Position numbers and translations under genes: made by a program
Shown: positions 37,523 through 52,106 of the stretch, piece by piece
How positions within the stretch are numbered: the stretch's first letter is position 1
Layout of the letters: the number at the start of each line of letters is the position of its first letter
NCBI GenBank assembly: GCA_951406725.2
Contig: OX597818.1
Coordinates: 142,786,001-142,850,000, forward strand
Source of the DNA: Octopus vulgaris
Taxonomy: Eukaryota
Direction of reading: 5' to 3'
DNA: 64,000 bases
The notes under the pieces: model-generated
What the model was told of the DNA's origin: nothing
Seen by the model: the letters and a program-made list of their open reading frames with translations, nothing else
Database searches by the model: none

Positions 37523-40500
37523 AGTAAAATACAGAAGCACTGATACAAAACATTATTTAAGGGACTACACACTTTTTAAAAAAAACAAAAAATTCCCCTC
37601 TCCCTCCTCCCATATCCTTTGCCATCCTGCTTGTTCTTTCTTTAAAAGGAAGAATGGAAATTAAGTCCTCTTTTTATTTATTCTATCTCTTCGGCAGACT
37701 AATTCCTATCCATTCATTTTGTTTTCTCATTTTCTTTTTTTAGTCATAATCTTATTTTTATTTTTATAAAAATTACCATTTCATAGTCATTCTGAATTTA
37801 ATTTGTTTGCATGAGTGTGTGTGTGTGCATGGCTGATTGTGTTTGGTATGTGCGCATGCGTGTGTACATGTGTGCATGAATGTTTGCATGAGTGGTTGAG
37901 GTGTTTGTGCATGTGCATGTATGTGTGCAAATATATTTATAAAAGTTGTTTCCCATTTTTTTAAAAGCCACATTAAAGTCAAGCGCCAAAAACGAAATAA
38001 GAACAAATAACAGCCAGGGTATCCACATAATATTTTAATCTCTATGAGTATTTGTCAACTATACAATTCAAAAGTTAAAAATCACTTCAGACTGTCTTAG
38101 ATTAAAAGAAATATGCCAAGCTGTATTCATACAAATTTACTAAAACAAATTCCAGGTGAATCTTGCGATTTGTAATGACTTGACTAGCGTTTCTATCCTT
38201 AATTCAAATTATAACAATGCAATGGTGAATATGTTTTGCTGGTATGTGGTTTTTCTTTCCCACGTAGAAATCACTGTTTATTTTGGAATTTTTTCTAATG
38301 CTCATTCCCATTGAAGATTTTTCTGTGGAAATTGAACTTATATTCATCCTGTTAATTTTTTGATTAACTTGGGGAAAATACAGTGTATTTGAATATCTTG
38401 GCCCATAGGACAGTGTAAATTCCCATATGCTAATGTGTATCAGTGATACAGTGCTTCTACCTTGAACATTGGTAAACAGTACTTACATTTGATAATACTT
38501 ACAGCTTGGTGGTCTGATGTAATAAGTTTGAGACTAAACACAACTAGTTATGAGATACAAAGACTAAACACTTTGGCTGGTTGATTGACTCCCTGTTGAG
38601 TTGGATGGAGGTCACTCCTACTTTTGAATTGTTTAGTTTGCAAAATTCTACTGATTAAATTATACAACCATCCCCTAATTTGCAAAAGCAGTGCAATCCT
38701 GAAAATGTTGTAAGCTGAAATTCTCTAACATAAAATGTATTTGCCATTGACTTCCATTTTCCATGCAGGTCAATGGGAAGTATGTTCCATGTTGGAGAAT
38801 TCCATAATATGACAACATTTACCAGGAATATAACACGACCATTATATCAGTTATTCTCTATGGACTGTAACATGGAGGATGCCTGTTTATAAAAGTTATA
38901 CACACATAAATATTGTCTTCTGTCTTGTTGTTGATTAAGCTAACCTCTTTTGTACTTAAGTATTGACAACAAAACAAAGATGTCCTTTAATGAAAAATAA
39001 CCTCTACATGATCACTCAAACCGTCTAACTTGTGTATACCAACACTCATCTGTTTACTCATATACACTTGTTTAACCTAAAGAAAAGAAAAGTGTGTATA
39101 TGTGTGTGTACACGTCTTAAAACTCACTTCTGTCAAACTGCAACTGTGTATATCAACATACATTTCAACATACACATTTCAAGGTAAGTCTTAAAAAAAA
39201 AAAAAGAAACATATATATGATTGTATTTGTAATAATAGTTAAAACAAAAAGAATGATGATGAATAAGCTTTCTTCTCATGACATTGGAACATTAAACATT
39301 ATATGATCTGCTATATTTATTATATTTTAAACTACCCATTTTTTTTTAAATGAAACTGCTAATGCTGCTATTTATCATTGTCTTCTGTCTTAGCTGTACC
39401 ACATCATGTATTCATGTTTATCCTTCATGCTAAGATAAACTTCATATGAGACAACAAACATCTTTACAAAATCAAGAAAAAGAAAATAATTAAAATTTGG
39501 AATCATTTCAATTTGAAATACACATTAAAAGATATCAAAATATGAATACCAACAAAAAGGCTTATTCTTATTATTAATAGCAGTGGAACATTGCTGGATA
39601 TTGTTGGTTTTGATTGTCATGGTCCTGGTAAGAATGTCTGTTGATTCCTCTCCAGGACTTCCAAGTTTTATAGGCTAAAAACAGGGTTTCTTCAGTGTTC
39701 CAGAATATGAAAATGCTACAAGTGAGAAGTGTCTACTGTCTACCAATCAATCCCAGTTCAGGCCTTGTATTTCATCTAAATAACTGTGTTGTGCTCCTGT
39801 GCAAGGCATAACCCTGACTGTTATTAAAAGTTCCATGGGAAACATTGCATCTATGACCGACCTATCCTTTTGAATGCTTATAACAGCAATGCCAAATGTG
39901 TTCTTGCTTCTTAAGATGGTACAATTGCAATTGAGGAAGATTTTGACTTCTATTTCTAGAAGGTCAGCAACTATATAGAAACTCTCACATTTGTTTCAGT
40001 ACCTGGCAGTAGAAAAAAGAAAAGAAAAAAAACGGGGCAAAAAGCGAAGTCCTTGAAGAAAACTCTACTTGTCTAAATTTTTATCTTTGATATATGAAGT
40101 CCATAACTGGTAAAATGTAAGGGTACAACTGATGATTTGTCTGGGTGTAGACGATCTTTGTTGGCTTTATAACAGAAAATTAAATGAATTTCCATTGACC
40201 TCAACAATAAGTATTCAGTTTTTCATTCAACTGAACTACCTACTCATTGAATTAGTGTGTAAGTGGCTGTATATTCCACAAATACCTGTACCTTTAATGT
40301 AATTTTTAAGCAGAATCTACCTGTATGACACAGTGATAATGTTGGACACAGTTTCACTTACAAAGACTGGACCAGGCAGAGGCTGAAGTTAAAGACAACT
40401 GCACAAGATGCTTTGTAGTGGGATTGAACCTGGGACCTTATGATTGCAAAGTGAACTTCTTAACCAGTATTTAAGCTGCCATCAAATGAGGCACAGTTTC

Positions 40501-43408
40501 TGTTTGTCTCCTATTCAAAACAGATGTCTAAAACCCTCAGTGATGATATTATCACATATTGCGATTAACTTCTTTTATGTCGTCTCATTGCTAGTCATAT
40601 CAGTACCTTGTTTAGGCAGCCAGCCAAAGTTGATACTAGGATATCACAGGTAAGTAAAAATCACAGAACAAATTAGACAAGTGGACCAAGCTTAGCTAAC
40701 CTCTATTATCATAAGAACAGTTGTTAGTCATGGAGAAATGTTATCACTCATTTTAACTTCTGCTATTAGTTGGTATCAATTTGAATTTTTGAAAATATTT
40801 TGATACTTCATTTGTGAAATTTGGATGAATATTTTAGGAAATATGACAATTTGAATGGTTTGTGAAATGGTCAAAACCTTACCTAATTTAGCCTAAATGA
40901 ATAATTGGCCATATTTGTGATGTCATATCTTTGAAACTGAGGTGATAATCACCTTCAAATTACACAAATTAATAGTGTCCATGGGATAGCAGTTGCCTGT
41001 TTTTATCAGGTTCTTGAAAATGAAACTTTTTTTCTTTGGGGCAATTTTAAAGAATTTGTGTCTAAAGCCTATTTTGTTGCATGTAACAAACTTTTGGTTT
41101 TGCAACATGATTCATGCTTTACATGAATTTTTGGACCTAGCTAAATCCAAAAGTACAAGCCACATGGTTTTGGCACATTTGTAGTAGATATAGAACTAAA
41201 TGAATCCTGAAATTTTGGGACATGATACCATTTCAATAAAATCTTAATGGCTATAGACAATTAAATGCCAGAATTTTATATCAGGATGCCTACATAAGTT
41301 GGATTTTCTGTTTGATGGGGATTTTTCCAATTTGTTTTCACCACACCCTTGGAAATGAAGCTTTTTATGAAAAGAATTTTGGAAAATTTATTTTTTTCAT
41401 CTCCCACTGCCAGACTGATTTTGGCCAATTTTTTCCCCACTACACACTTCAAAACGATGGGAGAAGGCTTTTTTGGTAATAATAGTACAAAAAAAAAATT
41501 TTTTGAAAATATTTTCAGATGAAACAGTGTGTGATTTAAGGGTTTGGTTCATTGAGAATTGTTTATCTGTAGAACAGACCTACATTATCTAATGTGTCCT
41601 TCCATTTTTGAAACAGTAGGCTGTGATTTGAGTGGGGCTGGGCTTCTATTTTTAGTGGATTGAGTGATCAGATCAAGAGTACTCTTCTTAGCTTGTAGTT
41701 CATTGAATTACAAATACTGCACAACTTTTGTGCTGAACCACAAACTTTTTTTTTTGTTTGTTAGTCTAGCATTGTATTGAGTCAACTAGTCATATCATGT
41801 AAGAAAGAAGTTTATCACTTTGTTGCAGAAAAGGTGGTGAGCTGACAGAATTGCTAGAATATCGAAAAGAAAAATGCTGGGTTCAAATCTCACCAAGGTC
41901 AACTTTGCTTTTCGTTGTTTCAGGGTCAATAAAATATAGTACTAGTTATTTACTAGGGTAGATAGTATTGGCTAACTCCCATTAAAATTGTTGACTTTTT
42001 ACCTAAATTTGAGGCAATTATTTTGTTGCAACTGCCATGATAAGATGGCAAGATTTTTACGAACCAGTTTTCTTTTACATTGAAAATGGCTTCCACAACT
42101 TCCTATTTGTTTTTATATCTGATAATTGAGATTTCATGTGTATGTAAGCGATGTAATTGCTAATCCTTTTTCACATAACAATGCTGTTATGTGGAATTAT
42201 CATTATCTAAGTGTTCTAAGATATTTGAAAAAAGCAAAAAGATACCTGAAACTTTGTGTTATTTATATCCCATTATTTGTATCTCACCTGTTTAACCCTA
42301 TTGATATCAGTTCCTCTTTAGTTTATTGATACCACCCCTCCCTCCTCTTCCAATTTATAATTTACTATTAGAAACTTTTTATGTTCCGAATATCATCTTA
42401 ATACAAGTGTAAAGATGATGATTGGAATATTATGAAGTTTGCAGATAACTGTAGTACTATTTTTTATAAATATTTGTTTCTTGTTTTTTTTTTTACCCAT
42501 TTACCTAGTTACCCAGATATTTCATTGAATATGGTGGAGTCATTGTTTATTGTCATCATCATTTGTGTCTAGGTTATATTTAACTTGACAAATATTTTCT
42601 CTCAGCAGTTTATGTTCAGCATATATTTAGCTTAGGCGACCTCTTTTCAAACAATTATAACCTTGCTTATATTTAACTTTACAGAGAGCATCTCCAAGTA
42701 ACTGATACTTAACTTTGAGCTAAAATAAAGCCACGACTTGTTGTTGAGTAAATGGATTAGAATAGCCATTTGGCTGTAAAATGTTTGTAAAATAGATTTT
42801 AAAATAATTATTGAGCAGCTCAATTCCATGTATGATTCTGAAGATGCAAGAACCATACACATGTAAGTTCATCATCATCATCATCATCGTTTAGCGTCCG
42901 TTTTCCATGCTAGCATGGGTTGGACGGGTCAACTGGGGTCTGTGAAGCTGGAAGGCTTCGTCAGGCCCAGTCAGATCTGGCAGTGTTTCTACGGCTGGAT
43001 GCCCTTCCTAACGCCAACCACTCCGCGAGTGTAGTGGGTGTTTTTACGTGCCACCTGCACAGGTGCCAGACAGAGCTGGCGAACGGCCACGAACGGATGG
43101 TGCTTTTACGTGTCACTGGCTTGGGGCCAGGCGATGCTGGCAACGGACACGAACGGATGGTGCTTTTACGTGCCACCGACACGGGGCCAGACAGAGCTGG
43201 CAACCGGCCACGAACGGACGGTGCTTTTACGTGTCACCGGCACGGGGGCCAGCCGAGGCTGGCAACGTTTTTATTTTATTCATGGCTGTAGATTGGTTTA
43301 GTTATTAGAGAACTGGGTTCTTGAAGTTGAAATTCTGCTGAGGTTGATTTTTGCCTTTCATCCCTTCATGGTCAATAAACTATCATTCGACCACTGGTGT
43401 CATTTCTC

Positions 43409-44150
43409 GGATCTTTTCCTTTTGAACGGCACTTTTCAACACAATTTCTAGTTAACTAAACACTTTAAAACTTCGTATACTGGTAGAATGTGTCAAAAGA
43501 AAACATTTTTTTCTCTTGGCTTTCTTGAGAAAATTGTAATTTGTTTGTTTAACGTAGTTTAATTTTTCGACTTTTAACCAATCCTATGCCCTCTATTTAG
43601 CTAAAATCATTTGCTGCGTCTAAAACAGACAACATCCTGTCACTAACCCTAATCCTCACCCTAACCCTAAAATTTAGCCTTTCATTTTTTTTTTTTTCTT
43701 CATTGTTAAATTAATTTAAGGATAACAATTAAGAAAAAAAAATGAAAGGCTAAAACAAAAGCAATGGAAAATAATTTTAATTTAACAATTAAGAAAAAAA
43801 AAACGAAAGCAAAAACTCAAAACAAAAACAAAACGAATAATTTTAGACACGCGTAACAATTAATTTAACAATTAATAAAAAAAAAATGAAAGGCTATAAT
43901 TTTAGGGTTAGGGTTAGTGACAGGATGTTGTCTGTTTTAGACGCAGCAAATGATTTTAGCTAAATAGAAGGGATAGGATTGGTTAAAATTCGAAAAATTA
44001 AACTACATTAAACTTACAAATTACAATTTTCTGAAGAAAGCCAAGAGAAAAAATGTTTTATTTTGACACATTCTACCAGTATACGAAATTTAAAAGTGTT
44101 TAGTTAACTAGAAATTGTGTTGAAAAGTGCCGTTCAAAAGGAAAAGATCC
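43409..44150. mobile_element. Foldback MITE with ~300-bp inverted arms and 8-bp TSD (Merlin/MULE-like)
   Basis: Ends GGATCTTTTCCTTTTGAACGGCAC / GTGCCGTTCAAAAGGAAAAGATCC. CATTTCTC is duplicated at 43401 and 44151. Confidence 0.9.
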
Positions 44151-47100
44151 CATTTCTCTTTTCTCTTTCATGGATGAAAGCCTTCAGATAGTGGGTCCCA
44201 CAATCCTTTCTGCAGATTCTGTGATACAGAAAGATAAATTTCCATGACAAATGCACCATACTAGTTTCTGATACAGCCTCCCCCCACTCCCCTTTATTTT
44301 TATTTTTTTACTTAGATTTTATGGAAAATATTTTGGACCTTCATCAGGCTACAAAACCTGCCCAAGTCAGGCCAGAATTTTCAAACAAAATTTTTAAAAA
44401 AACCCCATCTCACCATATTTTTAACTTTCTTAGGGTTATTATATATCCTGGCTTTGCTTTTAATCAGCCTGGTCTTGAGGTGGGGGTGTGCCCATGGCCT
44501 TCACAAACCCCCTGAAATGAAGCTGATTTTGTTAGCATTCTGCTTGAATCGTTGTGAGCTGAAGACGACAGGCAAGATGCGCCAAGAGAGGAAACCAACA
44601 TTCTAGAAAGAAAAGTTTTATCAAATGGGGGACAAGTGTTGGTACAGGACTAATCAGTCAGCTTTTAAGAGCAGAGGCTATTGTGGTAGTAGTTGAAAAT
44701 ACAGAGTGAGGAGGCAGCAATTGGAGTGTATCTGTGAATGACAGTTTAATACTGGAAATATTTTCTCTAGGTTCTGATAATTATTCAATGGTAAGGTAAA
44801 CTGTAATAAAAAATTCTCAGGGAACATATCTATAGTGGAAATGAACTTGTAATTTATCAACTCTTTTATTTGTCCCTCTATTACAATATTAAGGGTTTCT
44901 TGGATTAGCACAAAAGCCATAGATATGGAAGGAGAAGGGAAGGGCTACACTTGACTATCAACCTTGATACATGCAGGTATATAAACAGTGGAAAGATGAA
45001 AAGCAAAGAATTTGGTTTCAGTGAAAAATAATTGAAGGCAACACTTTGGAGTATTTTATTAGTTTTAGTTTATTTGACTGTAGTTGTACTAGGGTACTGC
45101 CTTCAAGTGTTTTTGTAATTTATGTTTTCTATGTTCAAGGCTAGCAAAGCAAGTGTAAACTTGTTCAAAAATCTCAACCATATTGAAGCATAGCCATAGC
45201 TGAGTGGTGAAGAAATTTGCTTTGTAACCATGTCATTTTAGTTTCAGTCCCTCAGCATGGCATCTTGAATTAGGGTCTTATGTAACCCTGGGTCAATGAA
45301 TGCTTGTGAGTGAATTTGGTTGATAAAATGTGCACCCATTGCACACACACATATATGACTATGTGTATGTTTTGATCTCATAGAATGAGAAACGGTGTTG
45401 GTTTGTTGAAATCCTCATAACTTAACAGTTCAGCAAACAGAAAAAACAGCAATGAGTTCCAAACTGAAAATGAGTTCTGAGGTTGATTTAATCAAGTAAT
45501 TAAACACTTCAAGATGATTGCACTCCAATGGCTGAAAGAGAAGTAAGAGAATGTCAGCAGGTGATTTGAGGTATCGCATTGTAGCTGCATATTTTGTGCA
45601 TGCTACTTAGAGTTATGTTTAATCTGTTTTGGTTCTGCTTCCCCACTTCCTAAGCATGCATTTTTCTGAAGCTGTCAGTTATACAGCCCACTGTACACTG
45701 ATTTATGTTTCACATTAAGGAAGAAAGAGAGTTGAAGTGGGCTGTTGCACAAAGCTACCCCACTTGAAGCAAGTTCTTTACACAGGTTGTTCGGCAACTG
45801 CATACTTTAATCTTTTTAAGTATTCTTCATTGCTGACACATTCTCTGATTAGGGTGGGTCCCAACATCTATCAACTTGTTTGTCATGATGGGTGAGCAAG
45901 CATGGCTATGTGGTTAACAAGTTTACTTTTCAACCTTTGAGCAAAGTCTCCAGTGTGAGGGTACATTCTTTCCTTTCTCCCACCAGTCTTGGTGGCCCTG
46001 TAAAAAATCTTTTCAGCCATGTGGTTTTGGGTCCAGTTTCAATGCACAAGTGACCATAGCCTTAGTAGATTTAGAAGATGGAACTGAAAGAATACCTATT
46101 TCTTTATTACCCACAAGGGGCTAAACATAGAGGGGACAAACAAAGACAGACATAGGTATTATGTTGATTACATCGACCCCAGTGCGTAACTGGTACTTAA
46201 TTTATCGACCCCGAAAGCATGAAAGGCAAGTTGACCTTGGCAGAATTTGAACTCACAACGTAACGGCAGACGAAGTACCGCAAAGCATTTCGCCTGGTGT
46301 GCTAACGCTTCTGCTAGCTCACCGCCTTTAAGTACTTTAGAATAAGTACTGAAAGAATACCACTGTATGGAACTATGTGTGTGTGTGTGTGTGTAAGTTT
46401 GTTTACTATTACAACCCTGCATGCAAATGTTGCAAAGGGTGGTGGTGGTGGTGGTGTCAGTTCTCCTGTCAGTATTATCTGCTCCTTTTATACCTGCAAA
46501 GCTGAGTGGAATAAGAGAAAGTAGTATCACAAACGTGCTACTAGTGAGTCCTGATCATTTCCATAACCAGTGGAATTGTTATATCAATCAACATGCTAGA
46601 TCATATATACAAAAATGATATAACGATTACATAAGTTCTTGCAATACTAAAAAAGATTTCGTCCATCATCTCATCACAACTATTAAGACGATGATGATGA
46701 TGATGGGCACAAATAGCAATATAAACACAATGTGTAGGAGTGGCTTTTTAAACATCACCACAAAATAGTGTTAGTTTGATATTCAATGAGAAAAGCTCAA
46801 AAGTAAAAGAATCAAGAAGACCGAATGTATTGTTAAATAATTTTTATCAAAACAATCGTAATCTCTTTAACTCTTTTACTTGTTTCAGTCATTTGACTGT
46901 GGCCATGCTGGAGCACTGCCTTTATAGTCGAGCAAATCGACCCCAGGACTTATTCTTTGTAAGCGTAGTACTTATTCTATCGGTCTCTTTTGTCGAACCG
47001 CTAAGTTACAGGGACATAAACACACCAACATCGATTGTCAAGCGATGCTGGTGGGGGGGGGGAACAGACACAGGAACATATACATATATGACAGGCTTCT

Positions 47101-47435
47101 TCCTTGGTCAGCTTGAGGCTATAGTAGAAGACACTTGCCCAAGGTGCCACACAGTGGGACTGAACCCGGGACCATGTGGTTGGTAAGCAAGCTACTTACC
47201 ACACAGCCACTCCTAATAAATGTAATACCACTATCTTAATTACTTTGATTGTTTTATTTTATACTCTTATTGATGAACTATTCCTATAATTAGTACATTC
47301 ACTAGATTCTAAGATTGTATAGAATACTTCAGATTTACTGGATGGATCCTGTTAGCCAAGATTTCACCTTCAGCACTGACAGGTATTTACCTGGATTTCC
47401 TATCTGAACACTATTTTATGATGTGTGTGTATGTA

Positions 47436-47818
47436 TCTCTCTTTATATAAACGGCAGTTTGTCTGTGCGTGTTTCTGTGTGTCTGTTTGCTTGTACCCTC
47501 ACCCTGACCACGGCTTTCAACCGATTCTGATGAAACTTGACACACACATAGCCCAATGTCATAATTCAAAACTAACGCAGCGAAAATTTTGAAAAGTTCA
47601 CCCAGTTCTGAAAAAAATCGATAAATTCGACATGGGGTCGAGAATCAGAAACACAAACCGCAAACTGTCTAGGGGACGCAACTCCACCTTTTTTTTACTC
47701 AAAAAAAATTTACCATCATTTTTTTCCATTTTTTTGCTATTTTGTGGCTATAACTCTCTAAAAATGCTTTATAGTTATTTCCCTTACAAACCTGAGCAAC
47801 GCCGGGCGATACTGCTAG
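47436..47818 (+). mobile_element. Non-autonomous Helitron, subfamily 2
   Basis: A|TCTCTCTTTATATAAA start, different 5' interior, same 3' segment with hairpin and CTAG|T. Confidence 0.8.
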
Positions 47819-47842
47819 TGTATATATATATATATATATATA

Positions 47843-48119
47843 TCACGTGATCACGTGACTGACCAGACTGTCAGATGTAGTTACACATCGCTGGTCACAA
47901 TGCGTTTGCATTGTTTTAGCCTTCGAATGACGCCACCCCGCTGGCTAAACAAGCAGGCCAACAGAAGAAAGAGTGGTGAAAGAGTACAGCAGGGATCACC
48001 ACCCCCTGCCGGAGCCTCATGGAGCTTTTAGGTGTTTTCGCTCAATAAACACTCACAACGCCCAGTCTGGGAATCGAAACCGCGAGTCCGCTGCCCTAAC
48101 CACTAGGCCATTGCGCCTC

Positions 48120-48121
<2 letters not shown>
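47843..48121 (-). mobile_element. tRNA-derived SINE, family C
   Basis: Reverse complement of 1419-1705. A related partial copy with a different tail lies at ~63813-64000. Confidence 0.8.
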
Positions 48122-48163
<42 letters not shown>

Positions 48164-48693
48164 CATATATATAATATATATTCTATTTGTTTCAGTCATT
48201 TGACTGTGGGCATGCTGGAGCACTGCCTTAGATGATTTTAGTTGAACAACCTCGCAAGGTTTTGGTCGGCTGAAGGCTATAGTAGAAGACACTTGCCTAA
48301 GGTGCCACACAATGGGACTGAACCTGGAACCACGTGGCTGGGAAGCAAGCTTCTCACCACAGTCACATATATATATATATATATATGGTATTCAAGTGTA
48401 GAAACCATGCAGGAGCTGACAATGGTGCTTGGTGCAGCCTCCAACCTTACCAACTCCTGTCAAACCATCCGACACATGCCAGCATAGAAAATGGATGTTA
48501 AATGATGATGATTATATAGTCTATCATCATCATCGTTTAATGTCCGTTTTCCATGCTAGCATGGGTTGGATGGTTCAACTGGGGTCTGGGAAGACAGAAG
48601 GCTGCGCCAGGCCCAGTCTGACCTGGCAGAGTTTCTACAGCTGGATGCCCTTCCTAATGCCAACCACTCCGAGAGTGTAGTATGTATGTGTGT

Positions 48694-48924
48694 ATATCTA
48701 TCTATCTATCTATCTACCTATCTATCTGTCTGTCTGTCTATCTATCTATGTCTATCTATCTATCTATCTATATCTGTCTATCTATCTGTCTGTCTATCTA
48801 TCTGTCTGTCTATCTATCTGTCTATCTATCTATCTATCTATCTGTCTATCTATCTGTCTATCTATCTATCTGTCTGTCTATCTATCTGTCTATCTATCTG
48901 TCTATCTATTTGTCTATCTATCTG

Positions 48925-48959
<35 letters not shown>

Positions 48960-48965
48960 TTATCA

Positions 48966-49001
<36 letters not shown>

Positions 49002-49002
49002 A
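48694..49002. repeat. (TCTA)n/(TCTG)n/(TC)n microsatellite
   Basis: Directly visible. Confidence 0.95.
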
Positions 49003-49704
49003 TTTTACCTTTTGCTTGTTTCAGTAAACTGTGACCTTGCTTGGGCACCAACTTGAAGAATTTTGGTCAAGTGAATTGACCCCAGTACTTATTTTTCAAA
49101 GCATGGTACTTGTTCTTTTGGTGTCTTTTGCTGAGCTGCTAAGTTACAGCTGCTAAGTTATGTAAACAAGCCAACACTAGTTATCGAGCAGTGGTAGGGG
49201 ACAAACACATAGCCACATACACATATGCGATGGGTTTCTTTCAGCTTCCATCTACCAAATTTGCTCACAAGGCTTTGGTCAGCCCATGGCTATACTCTTA
49301 CTCTTTTACTTGTTTCAGTCATTTGACTGCAGCCATGCTGGAGCACTGTCTTTAGTCGAGCAAATTGACCCCGGGACTTTTGTAAGCCCAGTACTTATTC
49401 TATCGGTCTCTTTTGCCGAACCGCTAAGTAATGGGGACATAAACACACCAGCATCTTCTACAGTAGAAGATACTTGTCCAAGATGCCCTGCAGAAGAACT
49501 GAACCTGGAACCATATAGTTGGGAAGCAGACTTCTTATCACACTGCCATAATATATACAATGGATATGATGGAATTTCACATAATTTCAGTTTGTCAAAT
49601 TCCATACTTAAAGTATCGGTCAAACCAAGGCTTTTGCAGAAGACACTTCTTCAAGTTGCTGTGAAGAACCACATAACTGCAAAGTAAACTTCTCAACCCA
49701 CTAA

Positions 49705-50195
49705 TCATCATCATCATCATCATCATCATTTAACGTCCGCTTTCCATGCTAGCATGGGCTGGACGGTTCAACTGGGGTCTGGGGAGCCCGAAGGCTGCAC
49801 CAGGCCAGTCAGATCTGGCAGTGTTTCTACAGCTGGATGCCCTTCCTAACGCCAACCACTCCGAGAGTGTAGTGGGTGATTTTATGTGCCACCGACACAG
49901 GTGCCAGACGAGGCTGGCGAACGGCCACGCGGATGGTGTTTTTATGTGCGAACGCCAGCGAGGCTGGCAGACGGCCACGCTCGGATGGTGTTTTTATGTG
50001 CCACCGACACAGGTGCCAGATGAGGCTGGCGAACGGCCACGATCGGATGGTGTTTGTTATGTGGCCACAGCACGGAGGCCAGTCGATGCGGTACTGGCTA
50101 CGGCCACGTTCGGATGGTTTTCTTGTGTGCCACCGGCACTGGTACCACAAAGATACAAATTCCATTGATGTTCATCTATTTTGATTTGTTTTGAT
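49705..50195 (-). mobile_element. RTE 3'-UTR fragment with several tandem ~55-bp units (representative copy)
   Basis: Ends ..CCATGCTAGCATGGAAAGCGGACGTTAAATGATGATG. Other copies at ~1089, 15255, 15700-16168, 22630, 25070-25435, 30196-30470, 42870-43267, 48523. Confidence 0.8.
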
Positions 50196-52106
50196 GAAAA
50201 TTATGTAATAAAGAATATGGTCCAGAAGCTCTAATATATTTTAGATTATACACTATTATGGTTTCGTGTATCAGAAAAATATATTAATATATTTGCTACT
50301 TGTGTTAATATCCAAACATTTAAGTGTAATAAGAGAAACAAACAACTGTGAAAAACATTGAATACAACCAATAATTCTATAGAGAATTTGGTAATTTGAG
50401 AAAACTCAAGATTAAATACTGTGAATATTTTTGTATATTGCATTTATTATGTTTTATAACACTTAGAAAAATACTAGCTGGCTTAGTCCAGAGCAGCGGT
50501 TCTCATGCTGAGTCCACACGGCTCATATAAATCCATATATGAATTTGTTGTTAAAATTTATCTGCAAAAAATTTGTTATACAATTCACAAAATATTTTAA
50601 CAAGATGCAGGAGCAGCTGTGTGGTAAGTAGCTTGTTTCCTAACCACATGGTTCCAGGTTCAGTCCCACTGCGTGGCACCTTGGGCAAAGTGTCTTCTAC
50701 TATAGCCTCGGGCCGACCAAAGCCTTGTGAGTGGATTTGGTAGATGGAAACTGAAAGAAGCCCATCATATATACATACATACATACATATATATATATAA
50801 AAAATTACAAAATGGGACAAGAACGCAAAACATTCAAATAGACGATACAAAAAACATGGATGGGTCATTCGAAGCCTCTAATCTTCAGTCAAGAACCGGA
50901 TCATCCTTGCAATATCGGCTGATTGTGTCTGTGTTTGTCCCCACCACCATCGCTTGACAACTGATGTTGGTGTGTTAACATCCCCATAACTTAGTGATTC
51001 AGCAAAAGAGACCAATAGAATAAGTACTAGGCTTACAAAAAATAAATGCTGGGGTTGATTTGAGTAAAGTTGGTGCTCCAGTATGGCCATAGTCAAATGA
51101 CTGAAACAAGTAAAAGAGTAATATATATATTTTTTTTTCAATTTCCAATAATATTTAATTATAAAAATATATGACATTTTTTTATCACCATTTAGCATTT
51201 AAACCAGCGATATCTGACCCAAATATTCAACCTGTTTTACATTCAAACCAGCCAGATCCAGCCTCTCACACCTACCCTACAATGTCATTCTAAAAATAAC
51301 AATCATATCAACTTTTGAAGCTACAAGATAATGCATGGTTAATCCAAAACAATGTGAATAAATAAGCATTGTGTTTGGCAATAATCTGAATGCTAAAGGG
51401 TATCAAATAGCTAGGAGGGTCCATCTGACTAAAATAGGAATCAAAGGTTGAGAAACACAGGTCCTGAGTATTTAATTGTTAACTGAAGGGACTATGGTTT
51501 GAATGCTTCTTATTAGTTACACAGTTTGTCCTTCATTAAGATACCTAAGTCTCAAATAGTGTAATCAACCTAATTACAAATTAATATAGGCTCAGGCATG
51601 GCGATGTGGTCAGAAGTTTGCTTCTTAACCATATGATTCAGGATTCAGTCGTACTGCATACCACTTTAGGAAAGTATCTTCTATTGTAGCCCTGGGTCAA
51701 CCAAAGCCTTGTGAGTGGATTTGGTTGATGGAAACTGAAAGAAGCCCATCATATATATGTGTATGTGTCTGTATGCATGTGTATGTATTACTGTCTCCTT
51801 GCCTTGTAAGTGGTGTTCTTTATTTCCAATCTTCTGGGAAAATATGTCTGAGCTAGAGGAAATATCTTATTTAGACACAGGTGAGGGTTAGCGACAGGAT
51901 GGGCATTATCTTTAATCTTTTACTTGTTTCAATTATTGGGCAGCAGCCATGTTGGGGCACTGCCTTGAAGATGGGATGGTCATAGCTGGAAGACTTGATT
52001 TTATTGCTTCAGTAAGAAGGGCAAAACCCATGGCTTTTTACAGGGCCACAAAAACTGATGGAAGAGAAGGAAGAAGGTAAGATATCCTCAAACTGGAGAC
52101 TTTGCC

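Noticed and set aside
48566-49056. Long ORFs with YLSI/YIYI/CVCV repeats (also near 12300, 26140, 53400)
   Set aside because: Translations of micro- and minisatellites.
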